A stretch of DNA of 59,567 nt, counting the filler, from Dirinaria sp. TL-2023a (Eukaryota), in NCBI GenBank assembly GCA_051941275.1. It is 5 parts of 5 records of this genome, joined end to end, with 100 filler letters (N's around TTAATTAATTAA, not from the genome) between each part and the next. Parts side by side here need not be neighbours in the genome. Positions count along the whole stretch, not along the records: positions 35,839 to 47,656 come from JAVEBF010000814.1; positions 47,757 to 59,567 come from JAVEBF010000815.1; 3 more parts are not named here. One strand, given 5' to 3'. The position numbers were made by a program, and so were the translations under genes. Below, piece by piece: positions 37,777 through 49,767 of this stretch (the first letter of the stretch is position 1; every line of letters starts with the position of its first letter). The notes beneath the pieces were generated by a model. The model was not told where the DNA came from. It made no database searches and was given only the letters and a program-made list of their open reading frames with translations.

Positions 37777-38330
37777 CGTTTGCTTCGCTTTGGATGAGAA
37801 GGCAAGTTGTATGGATATTTGAAATGACAGCGCGTCTGAGGGAGTACAATAGCCTAACAAAGTAGTATGTATAAAGCAAATGCTGGAACACTCATCAGAG
37901 GATAAGTCCTTGTCTTCTTTACTTACCGGATGAATTTCCTGACCAAATCCCAAGTAAAACATGACTTGGCCTTTGATATCGCATTCTTGAGATCATCGTC
38001 CTCTATATTCGTCCATACCATCTATGTAGAAAGACAGTGTTATGTTTCGACTTTTTCTTTCGCCAGTCACTCTTGTAATAGTAATATGTTGTACAGGTCG
38101 TACTTCTTTCCACTAAGAAGACTCTGACATGGCAGTGAAGTATGGGATCCAAAATTCGTGCGTAGATGCATATCCATTCAGCCATTTACAAACAACATTC
38201 AGACCAAAGAAAAAAGGCATCTAGCTCTGAAGGAGAACAATGACTCACACACAAGAAACATTACTGTTCCAGAAACTTTGACTCCAACTCATATAGAACA
38301 CAATATTACGAAGATATGATATATCCAGTC

Positions 38331-39270
38331 TCACCATCCCCAAGTCCCCGGCCCACCTTTCGCAGTCCCGACAATATCGGAGCTGAGCCAGCCTCCATAG
38401 AAATCGCCCGGTTGTGGCTCGATTTTCTCCCCGTCCACGTAACAGTCCCAGGGTCCTGCGTCTGGATGGGCGAGAGAGAGGGTTTTTATTAGCGTTTGCG
38501 CCTTCCTCCCTTTGTAGAGACGGGTCTACATAATAATTTCTGGACAAGAAAGTTGATGGGAAATATTTCATCATAAACCTGGCAACAAAGAGGACAGAGT
38601 AGAAAGTTTTTTTTTTTTTTTTTTTTTTTTTTTAAGCAAAGGAAAGACAACACCACGGCTTACAGAGACTAACATATCCCTTGATATCCTGCTCCTCCGT
38701 CCAAAAATTAGCAATCAGCAAAAAATCTTCCAACCCCCCTTCCCCCTTCCTTTTCCTCAAGCTCTTCGTGGGTTGGGGAAGAAAGGGAGGAATATGACAC
38801 GATATGATGATATCATACGCACCTGAAACCCCTCCGTAGGCGACTCATACGACCAAACTCGGTTTTCAACCACATTTCCGTCGTTACCCGGGTGTTTGAG
38901 GTTCCAGTACGTGGCACTGCCTTTCCATTCGCAGAAGGATCGGCGAGAGGAGGGGAGAAGAGGGATTTGGAGGCTGGTACGCGGGAGATAGTATGCTTTG
39001 TTTTTGGGAATCAGATCTTTGGGGTTTTCCTGTGTGGGATGATTGGGGAAGGGGAGAGTTTCTGTTCGAGTGATGGACTTGGGGCGGTCAGATGGGGGAT
39101 GTTTTGAAAAGATTCATACTTGGTGGGTGGTGGGTTTCTAGTACCCAATACGCATCTTTTGTGTCTGCGATCAAGTGGTCGTCCCATCGGACTTGGAGAT
39201 GGCGGGGAGTTTTCTCGAGTAAAGGAGGGCGAGGGAAGGATTGCACATTTAACTTGGGCTTTGGAGGCAT
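38331..39270 (-). CDS. DUF427-like protein, 4 exons
   Basis: NVQSFPRPP...VLETHHPP/YYLP...FCEWKGSATYW...WSYESPT/IKGYVSL/YAGPWDCYVDGEKIEPQPGDFYGGW...KGGPGTWGW. Confidence 0.85.
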
Positions 39271-39679
39271 TCTGGAACGCGAAGATGGAAAGGTAGACTA
39301 CTCTTTCGGGAAGCGTGATCTGCTTTGGATTATGATACTTTAGAGGCTGGATCGTGTATGCAGCGCAATGGCAGGCTGCCGGAGATTTAGCCGGAGATAG
39401 CGCAAAACGAATAATATTGCGTCAACAATGTATATCACAAATCACTGAGTTTGGGGGATTCTGGGAGTATATCGAACACATTCACCATGGATACAACTGG
39501 TTCTCATCGCCGAACTATCAATGAAAGCATTCAGTAGGTGTCAACGCACTGATCGAGCCTTCATTCGGGTATATGCATAAACAGTCGGAGGAATTGTCTC
39601 CTGAACTATTGAATCACGGCCGCCTAATAATTCAAGTCTTCTGGTCCTCTTACTCTACCTTCTATTGACGTCCACCATG

Positions 39680-40530
39680 TTAGATCATCAACCTCTCCAC
39701 TTTGTCTCTCAATGCGCGTATCTAAAAGAAGCGTATGCGTTAGTTTTATCCTTCTGAGATGCAAGACAAATCCACACGTTATGGCTGCTGAGGAGATACT
39801 TCTCAAAATCTTCTCGAGCTTGAGACAGGCGAGAAATATTAGACATCGAAGAATAGATCTCTTACCTGCGTCATAAGCTCGCTGGCTTCGTTGGTTGTGA
39901 TGGATGCGCTAATGACAGATCGAGACACGCCACAGGCTCTGCCTAATGCCGTCTTTGATGGGACGTAGCTGCTCTTGTTAGCACAGGAAATCCGGCCATC
40001 TCCAATATTTTTGCATACACATATGGGACCTAAATAAATCTCTACGTTAGCACAATCTGTACCAAATTGTGTGAGAGGAATGCACTCACGTTCTTGTCTT
40101 CGCACAACAAAGGTAGGTGTAGTAAGATAGCCAGTGGAGCCGTATCAGCCGCAAGGATAATGATCTAGTCCCTCGTAAGCCTTGCGCCTTTATTGTATAT
40201 AGTTGTTCTACCTCAGAGGTCCCACGGTTCAACGTCTTGGTTGCTGAAACGGCGTCAGTCTGTACTCGTGACTCTGTCTCTTGCCAGCTTAGTATAGATA
40301 TTCTCTACCTTCATTGGCGCCCTAAATGCTCGTCAGTCGAAGAGTTCTGACACAGATCGCCAGGGTGCACTTTACTTTCTTCAGTTGACGGTAATGGCTT
40401 GCCTGTTGGACGAGGTCGAGTATTTCTTGCGACAGCGCTTGGTCGGCAATCCTGTGGTAAAGATCAGATTTGTGCGCTGAAGTTTCGGGAAAAGTCCTTA
40501 CGGCCAAGCTGCCGACTGTCCTTCGGCCAT
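39680..40530 (-). CDS. SNU13: Snu13/15.5K K-turn-binding protein (U4 snRNP, box C/D snoRNP), many small exons
   Basis: AAWP/IADQALSQEILDLVQQASHYRQLKK/GANE/ATKTLNRGTSE/IIILAAD..LLHLPLLCEDKN/VPYV/YVPSKTALGRACGVSR/IRALRDKVERLMI. Confidence 0.95.
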
Positions 40531-40919
40531 ATTGGACTTCTTTAAGCGTTCGGCAAACGGAGCTGGGCTGAATGTAGTAGAGAGGTATTGAAAGATTGAC
40601 TGGGGAGACAAAGGGTTCCTTGCGTTGGCTCGCCCTCTGTGCTCTGAATATTTTGGTCCTGGCGCTTTGGCACTTTTACCTCCAGGATACTTGATAATTG
40701 ATACATTCATCAATTCAAGGCTTGGCAGGAAGATCACGTGGCTGTGGCGCTACCGGAGAAGCCATTCAAGCCTCGACTCGACTACGACCTCATCACCACT
40801 TCCCTTATCAAATAACCAAAAGTCTGCTACCACCTGCCTACAGACATTCTCATATCTTCTTCAGTTTACCGGATTACAACTCCCAGCCAGTCCAGGACTT
40901 GATATCCTTTGTTTTCACA

Positions 40920-41805
40920 ATGTCTTCAGATCTTTGGTACGTTGTAGCTCCGCTCCATTCCATCTGTCCTGTACTCAATCATGATCAAGACACGAAGAGC
41001 AACCACTCACTCTCAAGATCTCGAATCCCATGTGTGTATTACTATGCTAACACTGATCATGATCTAGCCCCGTATATGCTGTTAGTATCTCTCCACCTCC
41101 GACCAACTGTGTCATGCCGAGCACTCTCACACCACCACCACCACCACCACCACCGATCTATCCATTCTACGTTACTGATACTGCGTCATAGCCCTTCTTT
41201 GGTGCTATGGGATGCACCTCCGCTATTGTGTTCACCTGCTTCGGTGCAGCGTACGGAACTGCCAAGTCAGGAGTTGGTATATCTGCGATGGGTGTCTTAA
41301 GGCCAGACCTCATCGTAAAAAGTGTGTCTAATCGAAAATTCTACAAGCTCAATCTGCTAATGTTGCACAGATATCGTCCCGGTCATCATGGCTGGTATCA
41401 TTGGTATTTACGGGTTGGTCGTGTCGGTGCTAGTTTCCGACAATTTAAAGCAAGAGCTGCCCTTGTACACGAGTTTCATTCAGCTTGGAGCGGGTCTTAG
41501 TGTGGGCCTAGCTGGTCTTGCTGCCGGGTACTACTGCCTCACCTTCGAGTCTTGGAGCTGGGAATCGCTAAACCTCATCTAGATTTGCTATAGGTATTGT
41601 TGGCGATGCAGGTGTTCGCGGTACAGCTCAACAGCCAAGATTGTTTGTTGGCATGATCCTTATCCTCATTTTCGCCGAGGTGCTGGGTAAGGTCCCACAA
41701 TATGACTCTACAATCCACCACTATATTGACACGAACAAAGGTCTTTACGGATTAATCGTGGCTCTACTCATGAATTCCAAAGCCACGACTGGTGTCAAGT
41801 GCTAG
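40920..41805 (+). CDS. VMA3: V-ATPase V0 proteolipid subunit c, multi-exon
   Basis: [37 protein letters not shown]...[15 protein letters not shown]...[29 protein letters not shown]. Confidence 0.95.
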
Positions 41806-42453
41806 GTGGAACCCTGAGCGATCCGCCCAAAACGACATGCTCATGACGCAAGCAACTACCTCAGGCCTCGACTATTGGAAGTGTATGAACAGTGGGTGGG
41901 GGAAGTTTGGGAAACAGTGACAGCTGTGGACGGTTTCTTCGTCCCTAGCGTTCGCATAGAGCATTGGAGCAATGCTACAAGTAGATAAGGGTAAAGAATG
42001 ATATTGTAATATTAAGTTTCAGTATCATTTTTCAATATCACAAAAGTGCATCTGTGTCTCGGCTTGCAACGCATTTCCTCGACCAGCGCTTTTCTTCCGT
42101 TCCAGCTTTCTTCATTTTGCATTCGGCCCCTCGGACGGTGGCGGGTCGATGCGTGCTGCATTTGGCGAGCGAGGTCGATCTCGTAAGTGTGACGAGGTTG
42201 GACCGTGCCGATGTACAAGTATGGGCATCATAATATCTGGTAAAGCCATTTAGGCTTCGATTTCGGCGTTCCATTCCAAGCTTTGACGACTGCTGCCATG
42301 TCGCCAATTTGCGGAGCGCAATGAAGAGCATGATCAAGCCAGCATGAAGCAGCAATAGCTTTTGACGCTTTTAATGGCGGAGAGCCTATCCCAACAGTAG
42401 GTGTCGTTTTGGTGCAGAGACGAAGAGACTGCACGTGCTTGTGCATCTACTGC

Positions 42454-43701
42454 TCACACTGCCATAACTTGCTTCGCGCCAATGCCTCGCTTGGAAAGGG
42501 ACTTCTGACCTGCAGAGTCGAATGATTTGTCTCGTCCCATTTGTCCACCTGCGGCTTTGGCGCTTTTATTGTTCGCCTTAGCTTTCTTGACAGCCTCATG
42601 AAATTGCCGCTGCTGCTCCTCCGTAAGGCCAAGCCGCTCGTCGACTTCCTGTGCCTGAGCTAGTAGATCTTCAAATTCCAGAGTCTCGCACACCTTTAGG
42701 TAGCTCTTGCATCCAGCGAGATCTCTGTAAACTTGCAATTTACCAGGCAGTAACTGACTCAGTAGGAATTTCGTATTACCGTACTTGTTATCCACCTCCA
42801 AGGCTAGTTTCATATACTCTTTCACCACTTCTTTCCACGGGAGTAAACCCCCTTCAGCTTCTGACCTGAAGCAGCTTGAGTTGGCTTCAGCAGCTGTAGC
42901 AATCATAGCGCCATCAGCACCGTATTCTTGTGTCAATACCAAAGCCTCGTCTCTGTTCTTTACGTCTCCGTTCATCAAACACGCAACTCCCTCGTCACGA
43001 CAGATGTCAGCTATCATACGAAGCTGATCACGTATAGCTTTCTCGCGCGGCCGCATGGGCGTCGTGCGACAGTGCACAGTCAATCCAGTAATACCAGTGT
43101 GACACAAGGTCTTGACAAGAGCTGCAGTCTTTTCTGGAGTCTCCAGTAACCGAATTTTAACGCTTATTCCTATCTGATAGACCTCTCCTATCTCTTGGAC
43201 TAAAGCTCTCAAGATAGAGGCAAGTCTTTCGGGTTCCCGTAGCAGCGCAGCTCCCATGCCACCAGAGGTCGAGAATGGCTTTGGGCAACCGGCATTGACG
43301 TCGATCCCGGCAACGTCTTCGGCAACCAATTTCGCAGCCTGCACTGCCGTTTCGGGCGATGCTGTCCCGATCTGGAAGATCAATTTCCCATGCTCCTTAA
43401 CAGGGTGCAATCGGTAGATCAAGCTTTCCTTGTTTGTAGAAGGAATTTTCATGCCGTTGGACTGTGGCCGCGTGAAATCTATGGTCGAGGTAGTAGGATT
43501 GAATCGCCTAGTTGTACCGATCATGGATCTGTCCACGGTCTCAGGTCCCCACACTAGGTCTGCACCGTACTTGAGAGCGAGGAGACGAGAGGGTAGCTCA
43601 CCAGAGCGAACCATGGGAGCAAGGACTATTTTGCCGCGGTAGTCGACACCATTCCGAGGAATGGCTACCATTTTTGAGCTTTGTGCCATACCAGATGTCA
43701 T
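42454..43701 (-). CDS. DUS2: tRNA-dihydrouridine synthase 2 (Smm1/Dus2); start at 43701 or 43689
   Basis: LAPMVRSGELPSRLLALKYGADLVWGPE; FQIGT; DVNAGCPKPFSTSGGMGAALL; VHCRT; NGD. Confidence 0.92.
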   Translation of the reverse strand: MTSGMAQSSKMVAIPRNGVDYRGKIVLAPMVRSGELPSRLLALKYGADLVWGPETVDRSMIGTTRRFNPTTSTIDFTRPQSNGMKIPSTNKESLIYRLHPVKEHGKLIFQIGTASPETAVQAAKLVAEDVAGIDVNAGCPKPFSTSGGMGAALLREPERLASILRALVQEIGEVYQIGISVKIRLLETPEKTAALVKTLCHTGITGLTVHCRTTPMRPREKAIRDQLRMIADICRDEGVACLMNGDVKNRDEALVLTQEYGADGAMIATAAEANSSCFRSEAEGGLLPWKEVVKEYMKLALEVDNKYGNTKFLLSQLLPGKLQVYRDLAGCKSYLKVCETLEFEDLLAQAQEVDERLGLTEEQQRQFHEAVKKAKANNKSAKAAGGQMGRDKSFDSAGQKSLSKRGIGAKQVMAV

Positions 43702-43927
43702 GAGGGCACGTAGCATATCACAAGTATTACCTGCATGAGAAGGACAAATGATTAGAGCATGACTCTTGAGATAAATGCTATCTGATTTGTTGCTTGGATT
43801 AGGGTTTGAAATTTTAAAACCCTGAATTTCAATCTGTGGACGAGGGACTTCCGGCAAGCGTTTATCGGCGCCACCAACCTGAATAGTCAAAAGGTTGAGA
43901 GAATCCGTTCGAGAGGCTGCATGTCCT

Positions 43928-45261
43928 ATGCTCGCCTCGACTACATCGAGACGACTACTGCAAATTAATCACGAATCATTGAATTGGTACAGACAAAACC
44001 TGCGCTCCAATTTCCGCACACTGGCTCCTAAGTCAAATGCTAACCCCACCAACCTTTACCCTCTAAATACCTCCATTTCTCGTGCTCAACAAGTCGCCCG
44101 ACATCTCTCTAATTCCACCCAGACAAAATCCGAAATGAGTTCTCTACCCGTCAGTGAGAAGGGTTACCACCCCAACGCCCCTAGCCAGTACACTGTGAGA
44201 AAAAATGGTGCGGCCAATACACCTGAGTACCGCATCTTTATTGAGAAGGATGGCGTGCCGCTGTCGCCATTCCACGACATTCCGTTGTACGCAAACGAAC
44301 AACAAACGGTGCTGAACATGATTGTGGAGATACCAAGATGGACTAATGCGAAGATGGAGGTAAAATTCCAATGCGTACTTGCGGCCCACTGCAGAATGCT
44401 CACAAAAACATTAGATCTCTAAGGAGGAGCCATTGAATCCGATCAAGCAGGACGTCAAGAAGGGAAAGCTACGATACGTCCGCAATTGCTTCCCTCACCA
44501 TGGATATCTGTGGAACTACGGTGCTTTTCCTCAGGTATGCACCGCTTTCAGACATCGCTCCATAGACCTCACTAAGCTTATTTCGCAGACATGGGAAGAT
44601 CCGAACGCCATTCATCCGGAGACCAAAGCCAAAGGCGACAATGATCCTCTGGACGTCTGCGAGATCGGCGAGCTCGTCGCTACCCCAGGCCAGGTCAAGC
44701 AGGTCAAGGTTCTTGGCGTCATGGCTCTCCTTGACGAGGAGGAGACTGATTGGAAGATTATTGTCATTGATATTAATGACCCATTGGCGCCACGGCTGAA
44801 CGACATTGAGGATGTGGAACGACATTTGCCAGGTCTACTGAGAGCCACTAATGAGTGGTTCCGTATCTACAAGATCCCTGACGGAAAGCCAGAGAACCAG
44901 TTCGCTTTTTCAGGCGAATGCAAAAACAAGAAGTACGGTCAGAGATGTGTGATATATTTAAATATACTGACAGGAGTAATTTAGGTATGCAACGGACGTT
45001 GTCCGCGAGTGCGCCGAGGCTTGGGAAAGGCTGATCATTGGGAAGACCCAGCGTGGAGATATCTCTCTGTACGTGTCTTGTAAACTTTTCGCTTCGTGTA
45101 TCCACAATCTGATTTCTTGCAGCGCCAACATCTCCGTCAATCATTCTCCCGACCGTGAGGCACCTAACTCTCGCAACATCAAGCGACACGAAGAGCTTCA
45201 ACCGGCACCAATCGATGGCATCTATGACAAATGGTTCTTCATCTCCGGCGCCGCTGTCTAA
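43928..45261 (+). CDS. IPP1: Inorganic pyrophosphatase with an in-frame upstream targeting extension (second ATG at 44135), 5 exons
   Basis: [70 protein letters not shown]. Confidence 0.96.
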
Positions 45262-45432
45262 AATCACCATCCAATCTTGGGACCAATTCCGTAGCATAGA
45301 CTTAAGCGATAGAGGCTTCAGCCAAGTGCAAAAAAGGGTTCGGATAGCAATGTGGAAGCTATTGCATGTGCACACTTCAATCGCTGTGCTATGCTTGAGA
45401 CATCCTTTGAAAAATTATCATCCAGTCATCAT

Positions 45433-45818
45433 TTAGCCTCCCAGCTCAGCCTGTCTATTTAGAGCCCTCGAATGTCGATCGACTTCTTGTACAATGTCCT
45501 CGATTCTCATGGTTTCCGGATCCAAGTGTAGCTCTTTCCCGTTCTCTGTACCACATAGTCTGGTTAGCCAATGCATTGAACAATATCTCGGGGGAACGAG
45601 TTCGGAGGAGTTATGGTAATATATGAAGTAGGCTACATACTCATTTTGAGACGAAGCGTGCTTTTCTCTTCACTGTTCCGCGACAGTAATGTGGTATTGA
45701 TCTTCATATTGGTGCGAGCATTGGCAGGGAGTTGGGCTAGGAAAAAGCGGCATGCATTGCCCGACCTCCTAAATGGATTGAACTTGACGGAAACGTCCGT
45801 GATGAACTGTGTAATCAT
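45433..45818 (-). CDS. MRPL44: Mitochondrial ribosomal protein mL53 (fungal MrpL44), 2 exons
   Basis: MITQFITDVSVKFNPF...ACRFFLAQLP.../NGKELHLDPETMRIEDIVQEVDRHSRAL. Confidence 0.88.
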
Positions 45819-46096
45819 TGCAGAAGTGACACGCGAATGTCTGAGATCTCTTCAGAGTGATTTGAGTATCCAGTAAGGGTTTAACAATGCGTAGCCGAGG
45901 AGCGCCCAGTTCACTTCAATTCTGCAGCCGCCTCGACCGCATGTATGTAATGGTGTGTCTGAGCTTGAAATACGGATATTGCCAAGAGCTGGTCGAACTA
46001 GGAGAGCTGGCCGAAGCGGAATCGTTCCGTCAATGACGGTGGACAACCTTAGCTCACCAAAAGCTTTATTATCCTGCAAATCGGCATTGGGATGCA

Positions 46097-47509
46097 ATGA
46101 GCGTCGAAGATATCAACACAAGACTTGTACCTCTGTTCGATTCCCACAAGCAGACTCTGCGGCTGATCAACCGCCTGGCCAAATTCCCGTCGCAACCTGG
46201 CTCGACTGCTCCAGGCTCGGAATCCGCAGATGCTCGCGTCGAACTCGGCACAGTCATTCACCAGAGCTTGAAGGAGCTCGATGAAGAATTCGAACTACTC
46301 CGGCAAGATGCAGAGGATCTGACGAATGTTTCTAGCTGGACATCAGGCGCTCGCAGGAAGGATAGCGAACGAGAGCGAGAAAGGACAGACCTAGCTGCTC
46401 AAGTGACACGTTTAGGGGAAAATCTGAAAACGTGAGCCCAGTCCCTTTCGCAGCTATTATGCCACTTGCTCTAACTTCACATTCGTAAAGCGCGCGCAAT
46501 CAGTTCCGAAAAGCACAGCTTCAAGCAAAGCGCAACGCAGAGGCCGCGAAACAGAAAGAGCGAGAATTACTCTTCACAGGCCTACAGGAGGGCAACGCGA
46601 TTGCCGATCATCCGCGACGCAAGGCTACCGAAAAACTATCCGAAGAGGAACAGCTGCTACAGGCATCAAGCGACGTCACCGCTGCCTTAAGAAACGCACA
46701 TGCGTTGATGAGCCAAGAGCTCTCCAAAAGCCAGTTTGCACAAGAAACTCTAGGTGGGCCTCGAGATGTCCTGTTTGCATTTGGCTGGCTCCACTGACGA
46801 TTTGAATTACACAGACGCATCAACGGCAACTCTGCAAAGCCTCTCCGAATCCTACAACAACCTCGACAACCTTCTCTCCTCTTCGAGGACCCTAGTTTCC
46901 AGCCTTTTGCACTCTCAGAAATCCGACACCTGGTATCTGGAGAGCGCTTTCTGGATTCTAGTCACCACTATCTGCTGGCTCGTTTTTCGGCGCATACTCT
47001 ACGGACCCGGCTGGTGGTTAATATATCTACCTCTGAGACTTGTCTGGAAGTTGATGGTCTTTAATGCCCAGTTGATACTGAGTCTGTTTGCTACGATAGT
47101 AGGATCTGTTGGGGCAGCCAAGCAAAGCGACGCACTATTGCAGGCTTCGGAGCGGATATCGACGAGCCTGATAGTCAAGCCGAGCGCTACAGGGGGCTTT
47201 CCAAGGTACCAGCCAAATATGCCCGCACCATCGGTTGCTGTTGGGGCCGGTGGCAGCGGAGTAAAGGCTCCGCAGCCGGGGGCCGAATCTTCGAGCGCAG
47301 AAAAAAGCCTATCCGAGAGGGTTGGCCAGATGGCGGAGCAGAGTCAGGAGGTGCAAAGAGCGCCAAGCACAAGCTCCGAGAATGCTGGCCAAGAGACTGT
47401 TCTGAGAGAGCGGAATGATGATGAGCCTCCGAATCCGAAGAAAAGAATATGGGAGGAACCCCGGCCAGAGGTACCTACAGAAGGAAGCCGAGCGCGGGAT
47501 GAACTCTAA
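46097..47509 (+). CDS. SEC20: ER SNARE Sec20, 3 exons
   Basis: Helical N-terminus; ASSDVTAALRNAHALMSQELSKSQFAQETL; SSRTLVSSLLHSQKSDTWYL plus TM helix WLVFRR; C-terminal RDEL. Confidence 0.9.
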
Positions 47510-47656
47510 AATTATACATAATTACCCTCAAGTATTTACTAAAGAAACATTGTGAGAACTTCCAATCACATATGCATCCTCTCCTAAGCCTAGCGTCATC
47601 ACGTGAGTTCGTGGATCAAAACCACCCGTAGCTTAAGCGCAAAATGACTCAACCTC

Positions 47657-47756
47657 NNNNNNNNNNNNNNNNNNNNNNNNNNNNNNNNNNNNNNNNNNNN
47701 TTAATTAATTAANNNNNNNNNNNNNNNNNNNNNNNNNNNNNNNNNNNNNNNNNNNN
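47657..47756. other. Artificial contig-joining linker
   Basis: N44-TTAATTAATTAA-N44. Confidence 0.99.
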
Positions 47757-48245
47757 ATTTTGATTTTGATTTTGATTTTCTCCCCCTGCTTGAGTCTGGA
47801 GAAGCGTACTACGCGACAAGAAGCCACCCAGAATCTTCCTGCAGGTTGGCAGAACCGTGAATTTTACTGATATTACCCCCTTACGCACTCAAACTGGACA
47901 AATGCTTCACGCGGGCGCAACGTCCAATAATTATCCTCTTAGATTCCAGGTACGTTCAGGTCACCAAGCCGTGGAAGTGCTGTCATGCGAGAAAATTTTG
48001 CCAGATGCGCTTTTCACAGCGAAGTGCTGCAGATGTGTAACCGAATGTTTTCGAATGATGTTGCCCTCGCTTTCTTGAGTTGGGAAAGGATTCAGGCTGG
48101 CGCAGTGCTAACAAATTCCCACGTGGATAAGCGCACTCCCATATTGCCAACTCGTGTCAGTGCTGTCAACCCAAAAAACATACTAGGTGGTCTTCCGCAA
48201 CAATCAGCCAAGCGCCAACGGTATGAACCTCATTCTAAAATGAGT

Positions 48246-49244
48246 TCATGGCGACGAGCTGCCGACAAATACCACTTGGACACTCGCAAACCTGACGAGA
48301 CATGTGTCAGCATGAACTGGCACGAAGCCTACGTAGTAAAAATACAGATGCGATCGACTCACGCGCAGGTCGCGGCGAAAACCTCGATCTTCCGAGCATT
48401 TGTAAAGACAAACATGATCAGCGAGAAGAGGAATGCAAAGACCGCTATCATAATCAATCGTATTAAGGTCCTAGTGATAGAGTTGAGTACAATTACGGAA
48501 GTGACCACGAACATCGATGCCAGGCCGGTGGACAGCCCAAAGGAAAGCCGGGCGAGCTTGATGTCGCTGTAGCGCACGAATCCTGACGGTTCGCCACCGG
48601 ATTCTTCATCACACGGCCGCGACCTCCAGATGCTGGGGCTAATATAATTGTGGAATGTATCCAGGGGATAGTCTGCGAGCCACTTGCTGAAAGGGTCATC
48701 CTGGCATGCGTCTTTACGCAGTGAAATAAGGTCATATTCGTGCTTGCTGTCCCAAATGTACTCGTCCGCGCTGCGCAAGAAGCTTTGGCCTTCTCTGGGA
48801 TCCGCAAGCCATGTCCGCAAAGCGTCCAACTGTGGTCGAGGAGGCGCGGTGTACTGGAACAGCTGGCTTATTTGGATGAGCGCTTGATCTGTGAAGATCC
48901 ATGTAAGCAAGAAACACTGTCGCAACGTTGTATCGTATTGGTCCTCCCTGACTATATTGCTCGAGCTTCGAACGTATATCCAACCACTTCTGCCATTGTT
49001 TCCCAGAGGATTCCGAAAGTTTAATCCACTCCTTTGAAAATTGTTTCTTCTTAGCGTCCTTTGATTCGTAGTCTTCCAGCGCGATGTCTTGATAATCTTC
49101 AAGCATGTGTACAAGCTCAGACTGAAGGTACAGCAGATTTTGAATGTTCAGATCACCAAAACGCCGAAATATTGCTACCCCTGGGCTCTCTTCCATGCAT
49201 GCTGCAAGCTGGGGATATCCGCGCAAGGGTCGTGACCAAGCCAT
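48246..49244 (-). CDS. DUF6594-like fungal membrane protein, 3 exons
   Basis: GYPQLAA...AIFRRFGDLNIQNLLYLQSEL...IRSKLEQY; C-terminal TM helices ending EVFAATCA/FASVQVVFVGS. Confidence 0.82.
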
Positions 49245-49767
49245 TACCTTGAAAAGCCTTGAATCGGAACTTCGCTCCAGTACTTTACGGATGCCAGAAG
49301 TTCGAATTGCTATGATAATAGAATTCCACGATGCGATGACAAGATTTTAATATCGACATCAGAATGGTGCGTGAATGAAGAATTTCTCCGCCCGTGGAAT
49401 ATACGCTCGCCTGTTCCGCCTATTGGCCCATGAGCTTCTCCGTTCAATGACCAATGACATGGTTGGAGACGGGTAGCTGCAACTGCAAACCTCTGGTAGC
49501 AATCGAGGGGTTTTGGACGTTGGCAGATTGCTCGGCTCAGCTGTTAACCAACGACTCATGCACAACGTGGTCCTGCAAGAACATAATATTCGTGTTAGAT
49601 ATTTGTCGCTACAGAGGTATTGCAATATATAAGTCGGGCAGCAGTTCTTACATTCTGAAGATATAGTATGCATAGCCGTCAATTGCCATTGGAAAGGAAG
49701 AATCATTTTCCCAAAGCAAAGCAAATTTAATTCCGTACACAGTAGCCCGAAGATCAGGCACCGTTAG

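Noticed and set aside
31328..39270. EBP-GAD-BTB-DUF427 as a gene cluster
   Set aside because: It spans an artificial linker at 35739-35838, so the genes lie on different contigs.
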